Notes under the pieces: model-generated
What the model was told of the DNA's origin: nothing
The model's database searches: none
The model's input: the letters and a program-made list of their open reading frames with translations, nothing else
Program-made: the position numbers and the translations under genes
Assembly (NCBI RefSeq): GCF_006345805.1
Contig: NC_043015.1
Coordinates: forward strand, 19,344,001-19,408,000
DNA: 64,000 nucleotides
Source of the DNA: Octopus sinensis
Taxonomy: Eukaryota
Direction of reading: 5' to 3'
Shown here: one piece after another, positions 53,828 to 62,066 of the stretch
Layout of the letters: each line of letters begins with the position of its first letter
How positions within the stretch are numbered: the first letter of the stretch is position 1

Positions 53828-56800
53828 GAATGTGTGTATCATTGGCCATGTAAGGGGGTGGGGCATGCATGTTTATGTACGGGGTGGTGTGCATGCACAT
53901 GGATGCTTCTGTGTGTCCATATGTGGTTACTATTGCATGTGTGCCTCATATATAGGGACTGCACATGCAACAGCAAGCACATGAACACACACAAGCATCC
54001 TTGGCCAACCACAGCCCATCTACCAGCAGCCATCTTAGACTTCTTGCACCTCCCTATTTGTTCAGATTTCCACCAGCATAAGGCCCTGATTAGAGGCTTT
54101 AAAAGTTTAAAAAGCATGGAATTGGAATCAAATTGTTTTGTTCAATACATGTAGCTCCCAATTAATGTGTTGAGTGCCCTTTCTTTGTCCACTTACATGT
54201 ATATATATTATCTATATATTTCTTTATCATGTAAACATAGTTCCGATAGCTTCGTCTTCCTTGTTTGTCTTAAGATCATGCATATCTGTTAATCGTTATA
54301 TTTTATTTCTATTTTATTCAAGGTTATCATTTCATTATTTCATTCTCTCTAAATTTATTTAACCATTGTTTACAAGTGCAGAAGACGATGCTCTAGTCTA
54401 AACTTGCTGTTTCGCCCTCGCACCCCCTCCACCTTTAACCGGAAGTTACTAACCTATGTCTTCCTTCTCTACCTCCCGCGAACACTTCTAAGGGCCAAAT
54501 GCTACCTACACCCCTATGTAGGGTTCATTTGATCATTTAGCGCATAAAAATGGTGTAGTGTATGTAGATTGTAGTCTAGTGTTTCTTTATGAATTCTGCC
54601 AAATGCAAGCTTTCTTTTCAGGTACATGACACTGCTGTCCCTCATCCCAGGGTCTCACAGGCCCACACCTCCCACACCCTCAGAGTTGGCACACTCAACG
54701 TTGGCACACTGAAAGGTAGGTCTGGTGAGATTGTTGAGATGCTTGAACGGAGACATGTAGATTTGTGCTGCATCCAAGAAGTAAGGTGGAGAGGAGGTTC
54801 CGCTAAGTTCCTTACAGGCAAAGAACACAGGTACAAGATTTTCTGGGCAGGGAGCACTGATGGGGTCAGGGGCGTGGGTATATTTCTTGCGGAGAAATGG
54901 GTTGATAAGGTAATCGAGATAGTCAGAGTATGTGACAGAGTACTTAAGATTAGATTAGTGCTTCACCATAGGTCAGCTACCATTATCTCGGCCTATGCCC
55001 CTCAACCGGGGCTACAAGAGGTGCAGAAAGACCGATTCTATGACACCCTATTGCAGACTACTTCGTTGACAAATGACAGAGACCTTCAATGGACATGTTG
55101 GTCAACATGTCGGGGGCTTCCATGGCATACATAGAGGCTATGGTTTTGGTTTTCGCAATGAGGAGGGAACCAGGCCGCTGGAGTTTTGCGATGGAAATGG
55201 TTTGCAATACCAACTTCAGGAAACCCGCCTCCCACCTAGTCACCTACCGTTCTGGCAAACACACTAGCCAAATTGACTACATCCTCACCAGAAAAAAGGA
55301 AAGAGGGCTGCTTATAAATGCCAAAACATTCCTAGGTGAAGAATGTACCCCTCAACATAGATTAGTAGTTAGCGACTTCGGGATCAGAGCTAAGTGGATG
55401 CCCAGAAGAAGACCAGCTTGAAGGAGAAGGGTCTGGAAGCTTAAAGATCCTGCAAATGGACAGAGATTTAGAGACGTATTACTCGAAGCCTTCGTTGAAA
55501 TAGAAGGGGATATAGCTTCACATAATGTGGAAGACAACTGGAGGTTTCTACAGAACAACCTGCTGAGAGCCACTGACCAGATCTGTGGATGGTGCAAAGT
55601 CCCATCTCGACCCAATGTGGTGGTGGAACAATGTGGTTGACAGGGCTATTAAACAAAAGAAACAGGCTTGGAGGGGCTGGAAGAATGGAGGTAGCAGGGA
55701 ATTGTATCAGACTGCCAGAAGAGAAGCTAGGAGACAGGTTTATTTAGCCAGAGGGGAAGCAGATAAGAAAAAATTTGCCAATGTTCTGCGCTGTGAGGAC
55801 CAAAGACTTGAAGTATTTCGTGTTGCAAGACAGTGTGTGAGAGAGAATCGTGATGTCATAGGAGAGAATGTGTCCGTATGGATGATGTTTCACTTGCACT
55901 AAATGAGGCTACAAAGAGAGAGGTTTGGAGACGCCACTATGAAAGGTTGCTCAATAAAGAGAATGAATGGGAGAAAGAGTGTCTGCCGAATGTTGACCCA
56001 ACAGAGGGACCAGCTATCTGAATTGACAGTACCTTGGTAGATAAAGCAATCAAGAGTATGAAGACAGGGAAAGCCCCCAGCCCATCAGGAATCACTGCAG
56101 AGTTGCTAAAAATATCTGGCAATGTCGGCTATAGCCTAGTCACCCATATAGTTAACCAAGTGATACACGTAGGAGTCATACCCAATGACCGGGCGTTGTC
56201 AGTGTTTATTGAGCGAAAACACCTAAAGCTCTACGAGGCTCCGGCAGGGGATGGTGGTGATCCCTGCTGTACTCTTTCACCACAACTTTCTCTCACTCTT
56301 ACTTCCTGTTTCTGTTGTACCTGTATTTCAAAGGGCCGGCCTTGTCACTCTCTGTGTCACGCTGAATATCCCCGAAAACTGCGTTAAGGGTACACGTGTC
56401 TGTGTAGTGCTCAGCCACTTACACGTTAATTTCACGAGCAAGCTGTTCCGTTAATTCGGATCAACCGGAACCCTCGTCGTCGTAACCGACGGAGTGCTTC
56501 CATCCATACCCAATGACTGGTGTAGCAGCACCATAGTTAACTGCTACAAAAGTAAAGGTGACGCCTTAGATACAAATAATTACAGAAGTATCAAGCTGCT
56601 GGGTCAAGTAATAAAGGTCACGGAGAGGGTCATAGCCCAATCAATTAGAGAGAGAGTCAGTTTAGATGAGATGCAGTTTGGGTTCGTGCCAGGGAAAAGT
56701 ACCACTGATGCTATATTCCTGGTAAGACAGCTTCAGGAGAAATACCTAGCCAAAGATAAACCTCTGTACCTAGCTTTCGTTGACATGGAGAAAGCCTTTG

Positions 56801-59800
56801 ACAGAGTCACCCAATCCCTTATCTGGTGGTCAATGAGGAAACTAGGGATAGATGAATGGCTAGTGAGAGCTGTGCGAGCCATGTACAGGGACGCTGTAAG
56901 TCAGGTGAGGGTTGGCAACAAGTACAGTGAAGAATTCCGGGTAGAGGTAGGGGTCCACCAAGGTTCAGTCCTCAGCCCCCTCCTATTTATCATAGTTCTC
57001 CAGGCAATAACAGATGTACCCAGTGTAAGCTATGGACACATAAGAGGTGCAGCAATGTCAAAGGAAGGCTAACTAGGAAGATAGTTTTTGTATGTGGCAG
57101 ATGCTCAGGAGCAATAAACACTGAAAATGTGCAGAGAACAACTTCCGTCACTTTCCAGGGAGAAAAACTAGAAGTAGTTGATAGCTTCCGTTACCTAGGT
57201 GACCAAGTCAGTAGCGGGAGCAGGTGTGCTGAATGTGTAACTGCTAGAGTAAGAATAGCCTGGGCAAAGTTCAGAGAGCTCTTACCTCTGCTGGTGAGAA
57301 AAGGCCTCTCGCTCAGAGTAAAAGGTAGATTGTATGACGCATGTGTACGAACAGCCATGCTACATGGCAGTGAAACATGGGCTGTGACTGTTGAGGACAT
57401 GTGTAAGCTCACAAGGAATGAAGCCAGTATGATCCGATGGATGTGTAATGTCAGTGTGCATACTCGGCAGAGTGTAAGTACCTCGAGAGAAAAGTTGGAC
57501 CTAAGAAGCATCAATTGTAGGGTGCTAGAGAGACGTTTGCGCTGGTATGGTCATGTGGCGAGAATGGATGAAGATAGGTGTGTGAAAAAGTGCCATACCC
57601 TAGCGGTTGAGGGAACCTGTGGAAGAGGTAGATCCAGGAAGACCTGGGACGAGGTGGTGAAGCACGACCTTCAAACTTTAGGTCTCACCGAGGAGATGAC
57701 TAGAGACTGAGACCTTTGGAAATATGCTGTGCGTGAGAAGACCCGGCAGGACAAGTGAGACCATAACCCGTGGCCTTTACATGGGATGTAGCCAGTCCAT
57801 TTATGCATACCTTTCCTCCTTGGGACACAAAACTCTACTTGTGAAGACCTGTTGAGGCAAGCGAAATCGAAATCAATCAAAAATTCAATGGAAATTGTAG
57901 TTGTGATACCATTGCCAGTGGCACGTAAAAAGATCCATCCGAACATGGCTGTTGCCAGTGCCGCCTCGACTGGCTTCCGTGCCGGTGGCACGTAAAAAGC
58001 ACCAACCAATCATGGCCGTTTCCAGCCTTGCCTGTAACTTAAAAAGCACCCACTACACTCATGGAGTGGTTGGCGTTAGGAAGGGCATCCAGCTGTAGAA
58101 ACACTGCCAGATCAGACTGGAGCCTGGTGCAGCCTCCTAGCTTCCCAGACCCCAGTTGAACCGTCCAACCCATGCTAGCATGGAAAACGGATGTTAAACG
58201 ATGATGATGATATATATATATAATTTTTTTTTGTAATGAGATATAAAAAACCAAGGCTGTGTAGATTTTAGAACATTTACACAGCCTTGGTGTTTTATCT
58301 CATTACGGGAAAAAAAAATTTTTATATACACACGCTGTTATATGACCTATGTTGAACCCCTTATTTGCATAATCACTGAACCTGGAACTTAACGATGGTC
58401 TATCTATAGCACTTATTCAGCTTACCTGACACCTTTGGGTCTCAATGACACCATTACCTCTCATAACCCCTATATATATATATATATATATATATGACAG
58501 GCTTCTTTCAGTTTTGATCTACCAAAGCTACTCACAATGCTTTGGTTGGCCCAAGGCTATAGTAGAAAATGTCATGCAGTGGGATTGAACCCACAATCAT
58601 GTGATTGGGAAGCAAGCTTCTTACCACACAGCTACACCTGCACCTATAAATATATGAATCATCTAATCTAATCTATGTTGAATTAGCTTCTTTTCAACTG
58701 TAAAGAAATTATTAACATTGGTAGCGTTTTTTATCTGGAAATCTTTTTCACACTTCCTGTGGCCCCTTTAGCAACTCTCCATCCCACATATCTCCTCCTG
58801 TTCGTTTTTTCCCCCTTTTTTTAAATATCATAAAAACATTTAGAATGAGGCAATGTTTCATTCACCAATATTTAACATTATGCAGTTGACATTGCATGAA
58901 CTGTATACTACAGGTTTTGTCAGCAACTGATTACAATGTTGTTTTTTTTCTAAATTTTTAATCTTTTGTACTTTCTGTCTATACCAAGTTTTATTCATTC
59001 CATTTTCTGATTTACATTAGTTGTTTCTACAATTATGCATATCCTTTTATTCAATAGCTGAGGACCCTACTGAACTGATTGTTCTTTAAACATTAGGCAG
59101 AGCCATGTTGAGAAAACTTTAAAATGAGGTTTAAATCTATGAGCTCTGGCTTCTTAGATTCATTGGTTAGTTGGTCAGTTGAACAATTGAGGAAGACATT
59201 GGATTTATTGTCCACTCATAACTTCTCTCTCTAATTTTGTTTTATTCTCTCATCTGCATGGTGAGCTTGTGCATGAGTATTCTGCTTGTGTAGCAGCAGA
59301 AGTCATGAAGTTTCCAACTGTCATTTGTAGCTTGTTTCCAGGTTCACATACTTATGGTTTGGTGTTCAATAGTTGATTTTTTTTTTTATATTCAAGTGTT
59401 TTTGTAGTTTATGATTAGTTTTGCATTTTGTGTTATCTTTTTATGAGAGTCTTGATGTGCTCATCTTTTCTATTGTTGTGCATTTGATTTATATAGTATA
59501 ATTTATATATGATTTGTGTGTGTATAATGTTTATAATGTCTGGTGTATTGTATTAATACTTACATTCTGCTTTTCTGTATGAATGCTTAATTCATAAAAA
59601 CCAACTTATTCTCTCTGTTGAATTACTCTCAAAGCAAGGAAGCATTATAACTTGTCAGAGTTTGTTCCAGTATATGTTCCAGTTATAACTTGTCAGAGTT
59701 TGTTCCAGTATACATTCTTTACTTGTTTTCATATTTCTATTTTCTCCTTTAATTAGGTGTTCTCAATAATGCTGTTATTGTCTTTATAGTTGATATTTGA

Positions 59801-61956
59801 TGAAGTTTGATACTATTGTTTACATATGTGGTACCTAGAGTGATATAAATTTATCTGATATTCTGACATCTTTTCCATAGATATTTCCTATGCTTTTTGA
59901 TGACAGGAAACAGTTGAAGCCCTTTTGAGCATAAGACTTTTGCAATATCTAGTTCTAATTCAGGAATTATAGGACAATATTTGGCACAGTGCAGTAGGGT
60001 CCACTTGGGACAGTTGCATAACTTTTCTATGTCACACATGGTCAGTATCCTTCCAAGCTCTTTTAAGTATTATTGCCTGGTGTTATTTTCTGTTTCTCTC
60101 TTTTACACTACAATAAATAGAGTCTTAAAGTATCAGTCATTCCCTGTAGTTTGGTTAGTACATAGAATTAATCTTTGTTGTATAAGATTATTGAATAATT
60201 TTCAATTAAATGATGGACTTGGTATGAAACTGCTCTTTTGTTCTAAATGCTATCAGGATCCACCTAGTTAGTTATCTACACAATTCTGCTGGTTTTAAAG
60301 TAATAAGAAAATGATAATTTCCAAGTTTGGCAAAAATTCTGACTGAGGTTTCAATCTCTACTGGACCCAGTGTATCTAGTCTGCAATGTGTCAGAGGGTT
60401 AATAGCAAAGCACTTGAAACTTTTCAACATTTAATTACATGCTTTTTTTGTTCAACTCTCCTATTTATGTCATTCTGGTATCATGGGACTCTTAAATGTC
60501 TTTGAAATTTATTGTATCAGTAACATAGCTATTTAAGATAGATGTACTGTTATCTGAATTTGCAAGATATTTTACAATTGTAATGGATCCAAAACACTTC
60601 TTTAGGACATGTTACACTGGATTGCTGTTATTTTGAAAAGTAATCATAGATCACGACAACTTCATTTCTGTCTTTTAGAATATTGTGTACAACTGCTCTC
60701 ATAATTTTACATTTCAGCTGGAGTCATTTAGTTTCTAGTATATTATCTTATAATCAATTTTGATGAAGCCTTTGCGAAGTCCAGAGATACCACATCTACA
60801 TTTGACTAGTTAAGTAGCTGTTTTAATATTCAGTGCAATGATACTACAGCTATGTATGGCAGTTTCTAACTGAACAGAAATTGAGTTGAGTGCCACTTTA
60901 CAAATCATTAAATTATTCTCTTATTATGAATTTGTAATTCTTAGCATTTACTCTTTCTTCTTCCATTAAAGAAAACACACACACAGACACTTTTTTTTTT
61001 CTTTGGGAGCTTTTTATTCACAGGAAACTTGGGCCACTTTCTTTTGCAAAGTTCTGATATTAATAAAGTCAACTGGTTCTGTCATTTACATGTTATTTGC
61101 AGTATAAAGGAAAAAACTTCATCATTCAGTACTTTGCTTGCCTTCCTACAAGATGTACTAAGTGACCTATTTCTGTCAGACAATGGCCTTTGTATCCTTT
61201 CATTTTGTGGAAAATTTTATTTCATTTTAAATTTCCATGTGATTTTTTAAAATGTTTTTCTTTTCCTTATAGAGAGATATATATTTAATTTATTTGAGAT
61301 ATTTTGTTCTTCAGCAATCTTTAGAGATATTTTTATGAACTCTGCTCTCGTTTCATAGGTAAAGAATTATACCTATGTTATTAAGTTGTAAAGAACTTCT
61401 AATATTCAATAATAGTGGTATGTGGAATAACAAGTTTAGGTTTCTATGTTTATTTGTAGTGGCTAAGCATGTTTTTGTGAATAGTTTTGGAGTCACACCA
61501 ACTGTTGTATTATTTGTTGTGCTTTCTTTTCTTTTTCTACCAGTTTACCTTTGGGGAAGCAATTTATTTGCTTAATCCTTTTCAGTTGGGTGTATTTACT
61601 TTTTGAAACATGTTTAGCAGCAGTTCATTTCCCTTTTTTCATGTTTGTAAGTGCCTTTTAAATTATACTTTTAACACTTTTGCTGTGAATGGGTACATGT
61701 GAAAAAAATACACACACACATGCATACATAGTATCTGTTTTTAAGTTCATTTATTCTTTTACTTTTAGACCCATCAATTAATCTGGATGACCCTGTAACA
61801 CCAGGAAAACTTCTAGGATGCCATCTTTACAGCAACCCATATGGAGTTAAAATCAACTATTGCTTTTGTGAGGAAAATCGTTGTAATAGTTCCAGAAGAA
61901 ATTTACCATTTAATTTATTATTGTTGACATATATTTTACTTGTACTTCATCTGTGA
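8898..61956 (+). CDS. Multi-exon host gene (5 coding exons found, 5' signal-peptide exon not found): CUB domain + linker + Ly6/uPAR (quiver-like) domain + GPI signal, about 317 aa
   Basis: Exons of 252, 222, 222, 69 and 188 nt all have pyrimidine-tract AG acceptors, and the first four have GT donors. All junctions are phase 1 and the joined frame has no stop until TGA at 61954-61956. Confidence 0.8.
9760..11545 (+). mobile_element. Degenerate RTE-clade LINE (APE endonuclease to start of RT)
   Basis: [59 protein letters not shown] and [15 protein letters not shown], with many frameshifts. Confidence 0.9.
11554..11735 (+). mobile_element. PLE pLTR-like segment starting with a 73-nt hairpin and containing a G3:C8 hammerhead variant (11600-11651)
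   Basis: Inverted repeat 11554-11585 / 11596-11626. Core GTGAACA, stem II GTC(AT)/(GC)GAC, GAAA, palindrome AATATT. Confidence 0.65.
11789..13830 (+). mobile_element. 5'-truncated Penelope-like retroelement (RT with YRDD, C-terminal GIY-YIG) with an internal inversion
   Basis: [41 protein letters not shown]; then SIYQCII...FYIGST...FCLLC. 12411-12770 is an inverted copy of about 12810-13135. Confidence 0.9.
13558..13640 (+). ncRNA. Degenerate type I hammerhead motif at the PLE 3' end
   Basis: Perfect stem I ACTTTC/GAAAGT, core CTGATAA (G8 changed to A), long imperfect stem II, then GAAA-CATGTG-TC. Confidence 0.6.
13891..13965 (-). mobile_element. RTE LINE/SINE 3' tail fragment
   Basis: (CAT)n-cgtttagcgtccgctttccatgctagcatggg is the reverse complement of the RTE tail at 58160-58211. 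Confidence 0.85.
14390..14970. repeat. Palindromic (foldback) non-coding element
   Basis: caatcactggtc...gatgtgaagtggttcccaatgcaaatatatatat (14517-14570) is inverted at 14845-14898. Confidence 0.65.
15180..15930 (+). mobile_element. LINE ORF1-like (nucleic-acid-binding/zinc-knuckle) remnant
   Basis: Frameshifted ORFs 15318-15566 and 15472-15840, followed by [10 protein letters not shown] (first half of a CCHC knuckle). Confidence 0.55.
15960..17640 (-). mobile_element. Heavily deleted Gypsy LTR retrotransposon (LTR, gag, integrase start)
   Basis: Minus-strand gag [38 protein letters not shown]; integrase CNWCQSID...EDWKRLAID; LTR-like segment about 17290-17640. Confidence 0.75.
17961..18182 (+). 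CDS. Exon B: C-terminal half of CUB domain (GPRVD...GLCGSSLP...[30 protein letters not shown]...)
   Basis: Acceptor aaaaag| at 17960 and donor G|gtaggt at 18183. LCG, S-x-N-x-L-T-V-R-F and GF-x-I CUB motifs, in frame with exon A. Confidence 0.88.
19450..19745 (+). mobile_element. Old RTE LINE remnant
   Basis: gtaaaggagacgccttagggagaagtaatagc...aaattactgga resembles the KGDALDxxNYRxIKLL-coding segment of the RTE copies. Confidence 0.45.
19830..19941 (+). mobile_element. SINE 3' part
   Basis: Matches the SINE 3' half at 38730-38860. Confidence 0.65.
19942..20745 (-). mobile_element. Mariner (DD34D) transposase remnant, 3' half with terminal repeat
   Basis: ORF 20012-20476 has [24 protein letters not shown] and [16 protein letters not shown]. 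Confidence 0.95.
20872..22100 (-). mobile_element. PLE terminal structure: two tandem pLTR-like copies around an ORF start plus one inverted copy, embedded in (TA)n
   Basis: 20872-21240 and 21450-21830 are direct repeats and 21860-22100 is inverted. The spacer encodes (-) [21 protein letters not shown], resembling a PLE ORF start. Confidence 0.65.
22517..26395 (-). mobile_element. Degenerate Gypsy LTR retrotransposon (gag-PR-RT-IN) with two LTRs
   Basis: LTRs at 22517-22827 (TGTGG...CCACA) and about 26146-26395. gag [13 protein letters not shown]; [30 protein letters not shown]; integrase [24 protein letters not shown]. Confidence 0.92.
26675..27088. mobile_element. 414-bp MITE, same family as 2006-3820
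   Basis: TIR GGATCTTTTCGGTTTGAGCGGCAG / CTGCCGTTCAAACCGAAAAGATCC. 8-bp TSD CTGGTAGG at 26667-26674 and 27089-27096. Confidence 0.93.
27785..28045. repeat. Local tandem duplication (about 135-bp unit) with an internal 24-bp duplication
   Basis: cattcattcat-taacccataatactaacatgt-ctattccctaaaac occurs twice. Confidence 0.8.
28072..30741 (-). mobile_element. Non-autonomous Helitron (ends seen; interior contains other insertions)
   Basis: Minus-strand 5' end A^TCTATATATATAAAAC at 30741. 3' hairpin (GGGCAACGCCGGG) then CTAG^T at 28072. Pairing the two ends into one element is inferred. Confidence 0.6.
29410..30045 (-). mobile_element. tRNA-derived SINE with an internal tandem duplication of about 270 bp
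   Basis: 29410-29660 and 29665-29918 are direct repeats. The tRNA-like head is at about 29960-30040 (-). Confidence 0.8.
31080..31700. repeat. AT-rich degenerate tandem repeat (period about 140-185 bp)
   Basis: taggaattaaccttat-ata recurs near 31201, 31338, 31480 and 31665. Confidence 0.7.
31760..32190 (-). mobile_element. PLE GIY-YIG endonuclease fragment
   Basis: CNC...[14 protein letters not shown]...[15 protein letters not shown]...LSKSIWNLK. Confidence 0.85.
32408..33413 (+). mobile_element. Two head-to-tail non-autonomous Helitron copies (32408-32902 and 32903-33413)
   Basis: 5' TCTATATATATAAAG. Each copy ends with the hairpin CCCGAGCAACGCCGGG followed by CTAG^T. Confidence 0.85.
33463..33670. 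repeat. Two small hairpin elements (33463-33533 and 33554-33670)
   Basis: 14-bp and 19-bp perfect inverted cores. The second resembles 46400-46480. Confidence 0.7.
34358..36137 (+). mobile_element. PLE fragment (GIY-YIG) flanked by inverted pLTRs, each with a hammerhead motif
   Basis: 34358-34560 is the reverse complement of about 35895-36137. [18 protein letters not shown]...KYIGSAG...YNHRSSF...LSSHVWHLK. Central hairpin at 34940-35044. Confidence 0.85.
34373..34432 (-). ncRNA. Type I hammerhead motif with intact core
   Basis: AGAGT-CTGATGA-[stem II]-GAAA-CCATTGG-TC-ACTCT: perfect stem I and a GUC triplet, but the stem II left arm is eroded. Confidence 0.7.
36182..36302. repeat. Perfect 40-bp inverted repeat with a 41-nt spacer
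   Basis: ggttgcagaacaaacaaatataaggtcatccacgtaacat (36182-36221) and its exact reverse complement (36263-36302). Confidence 0.9.
36818..37039 (+). CDS. Exon C: linker + start of Ly6/uPAR domain ([14 protein letters not shown]...[38 protein letters not shown])
   Basis: Acceptor atttcag| at 36817 and donor T|gtaagt at 37040. Open 74-codon frame with CxxCxxC and CxxC. Confidence 0.85.
37255..38860 (+). mobile_element. tRNA-derived SINE split at its (TA)n tract by the 37429-38636 insertion
   Basis: Head at 37255-37428 (tggctgtggtaag...gggttcagttccac). The 3' half resumes at about 38655. Confidence 0.85.
37429..38636. mobile_element. Non-coding foldback of PLE pLTR-like units with hammerhead motifs at 37699-37771 (-) and 38300-38373 (+)
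   Basis: Arms about 37430-37790 and 38250-38636 are inverted, and 37965-38210 is an internal direct repeat. Cores CTGAAGA and CTGATGA, GAAA, stem III palindrome ACAATTGT. Confidence 0.75.
40445..40640 (+). mobile_element. Second copy of the 6577-6770 repeat with a damaged hammerhead-like motif (40523-40558)
   Basis: CTTT-CTGTCAA-A-GAGT-GTAA-GCTC-AAAA-CGTA-AAAG. Confidence 0.65.
40690..42270 (+). mobile_element. Old degenerate PLE (RT + GIY-YIG)
   Basis: [12 protein letters not shown]...[47 protein letters not shown]...FKARLNNHK. Confidence 0.85.
42560..43892 (+). mobile_element. 5'-truncated RTE LINE (RT C-terminus, 3' UTR, (GAT)n tail)
   Basis: [28 protein letters not shown]; tail tgttaaac...(gat)n. 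Confidence 0.9.
43915..44990 (+). mobile_element. Internally deleted RTE LINE RT fragment
   Basis: [41 protein letters not shown]. The segment expected to encode YADD is missing. Confidence 0.85.
45020..45190 (+). mobile_element. SINE 3' half
   Basis: Matches 38655-38830. Confidence 0.75.
45964..46032 (+). CDS. Exon D: middle of Ly6/uPAR domain ([23 protein letters not shown])
   Basis: Acceptor tttctctttgtatag| and donor AAAG|gtaagc. 69 nt, phase 1-1. The R-T-C-Y motif supplies the sixth LU cysteine. Confidence 0.82.
46999..47915. mobile_element. Degenerate PLE fragment (thumb/linker/GIY-YIG) with an inverted segment
   Basis: [30 protein letters not shown] on +. About 47140-47218 is the reverse complement of about 47830-47915. 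Confidence 0.7.
48376..53590 (+). mobile_element. Near-complete but defective Gypsy LTR retrotransposon, CsRn1/Kabuki-like
   Basis: LTRs at 48376-48806 and 53159-53590, TSD GGGG, PBS TGGTGACCCCGA (tRNA-Trp type), PPT GAGGGGGAG. gag 49184-49870; protease VDTGS; RT YVDD; RNase H VDAS...DRELLA; integrase [15 protein letters not shown]. Stops and frameshifts in pol. Confidence 0.97.
49861..49901 (+). promoter_or_regulatory. Putative -1 ribosomal frameshift signal (gag-pol)
   Basis: Slippery heptamer G GGA AAC (49861-49867), a 7-nt spacer and an 11-bp stem with a 5-nt loop (49875-49901). pol is in the -1 frame. Confidence 0.75.
54470..58211 (+). mobile_element. Near-full-length defective RTE LINE (APE + RT), interrupted by a SINE and an internal deletion
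   Basis: ATG at 54589; [57 protein letters not shown]; (GAT)n tail. The YADD region is deleted near 57013. The 5' boundary is approximate. Confidence 0.95.
56190..56504 (+). mobile_element. 315-bp SINE (apparently 5'-truncated) inserted in the RTE
   Basis: 13-bp TSD CATACCCAATGAC at 56177-56189 and 56505-56517. Confidence 0.88.
58495..58650 (-). mobile_element. tRNA-derived SINE head
   Basis: Reverse complement of the head at 37255-37410. Confidence 0.8.
59800..60900 (-). mobile_element. Very old CR1-like LINE RT remnant
   Basis: Minus-strand [12 protein letters not shown] (cf. CR1 VDxxYLDFxKAFD) and [10 protein letters not shown]. Boundaries uncertain. Confidence 0.45.
61769..61956 (+). 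CDS. Exon E (last): [62 protein letters not shown]
   Basis: Acceptor attcttttacttttag|. C-x-C-x4-C-N LU terminus followed by NSS, a short spacer and a hydrophobic tail (GPI-signal pattern). ATTAAA at 62041-62046. Confidence 0.9.
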
Positions 61957-62066
61957 AAACATTTCAATATCAAACCCATTTGAAAAATAGACATTGTGTA
62001 TTGTATGTAATATATATATTTTTCTAGAAATTCATTCTACATTAAATGTAATCTACATTCTATATA

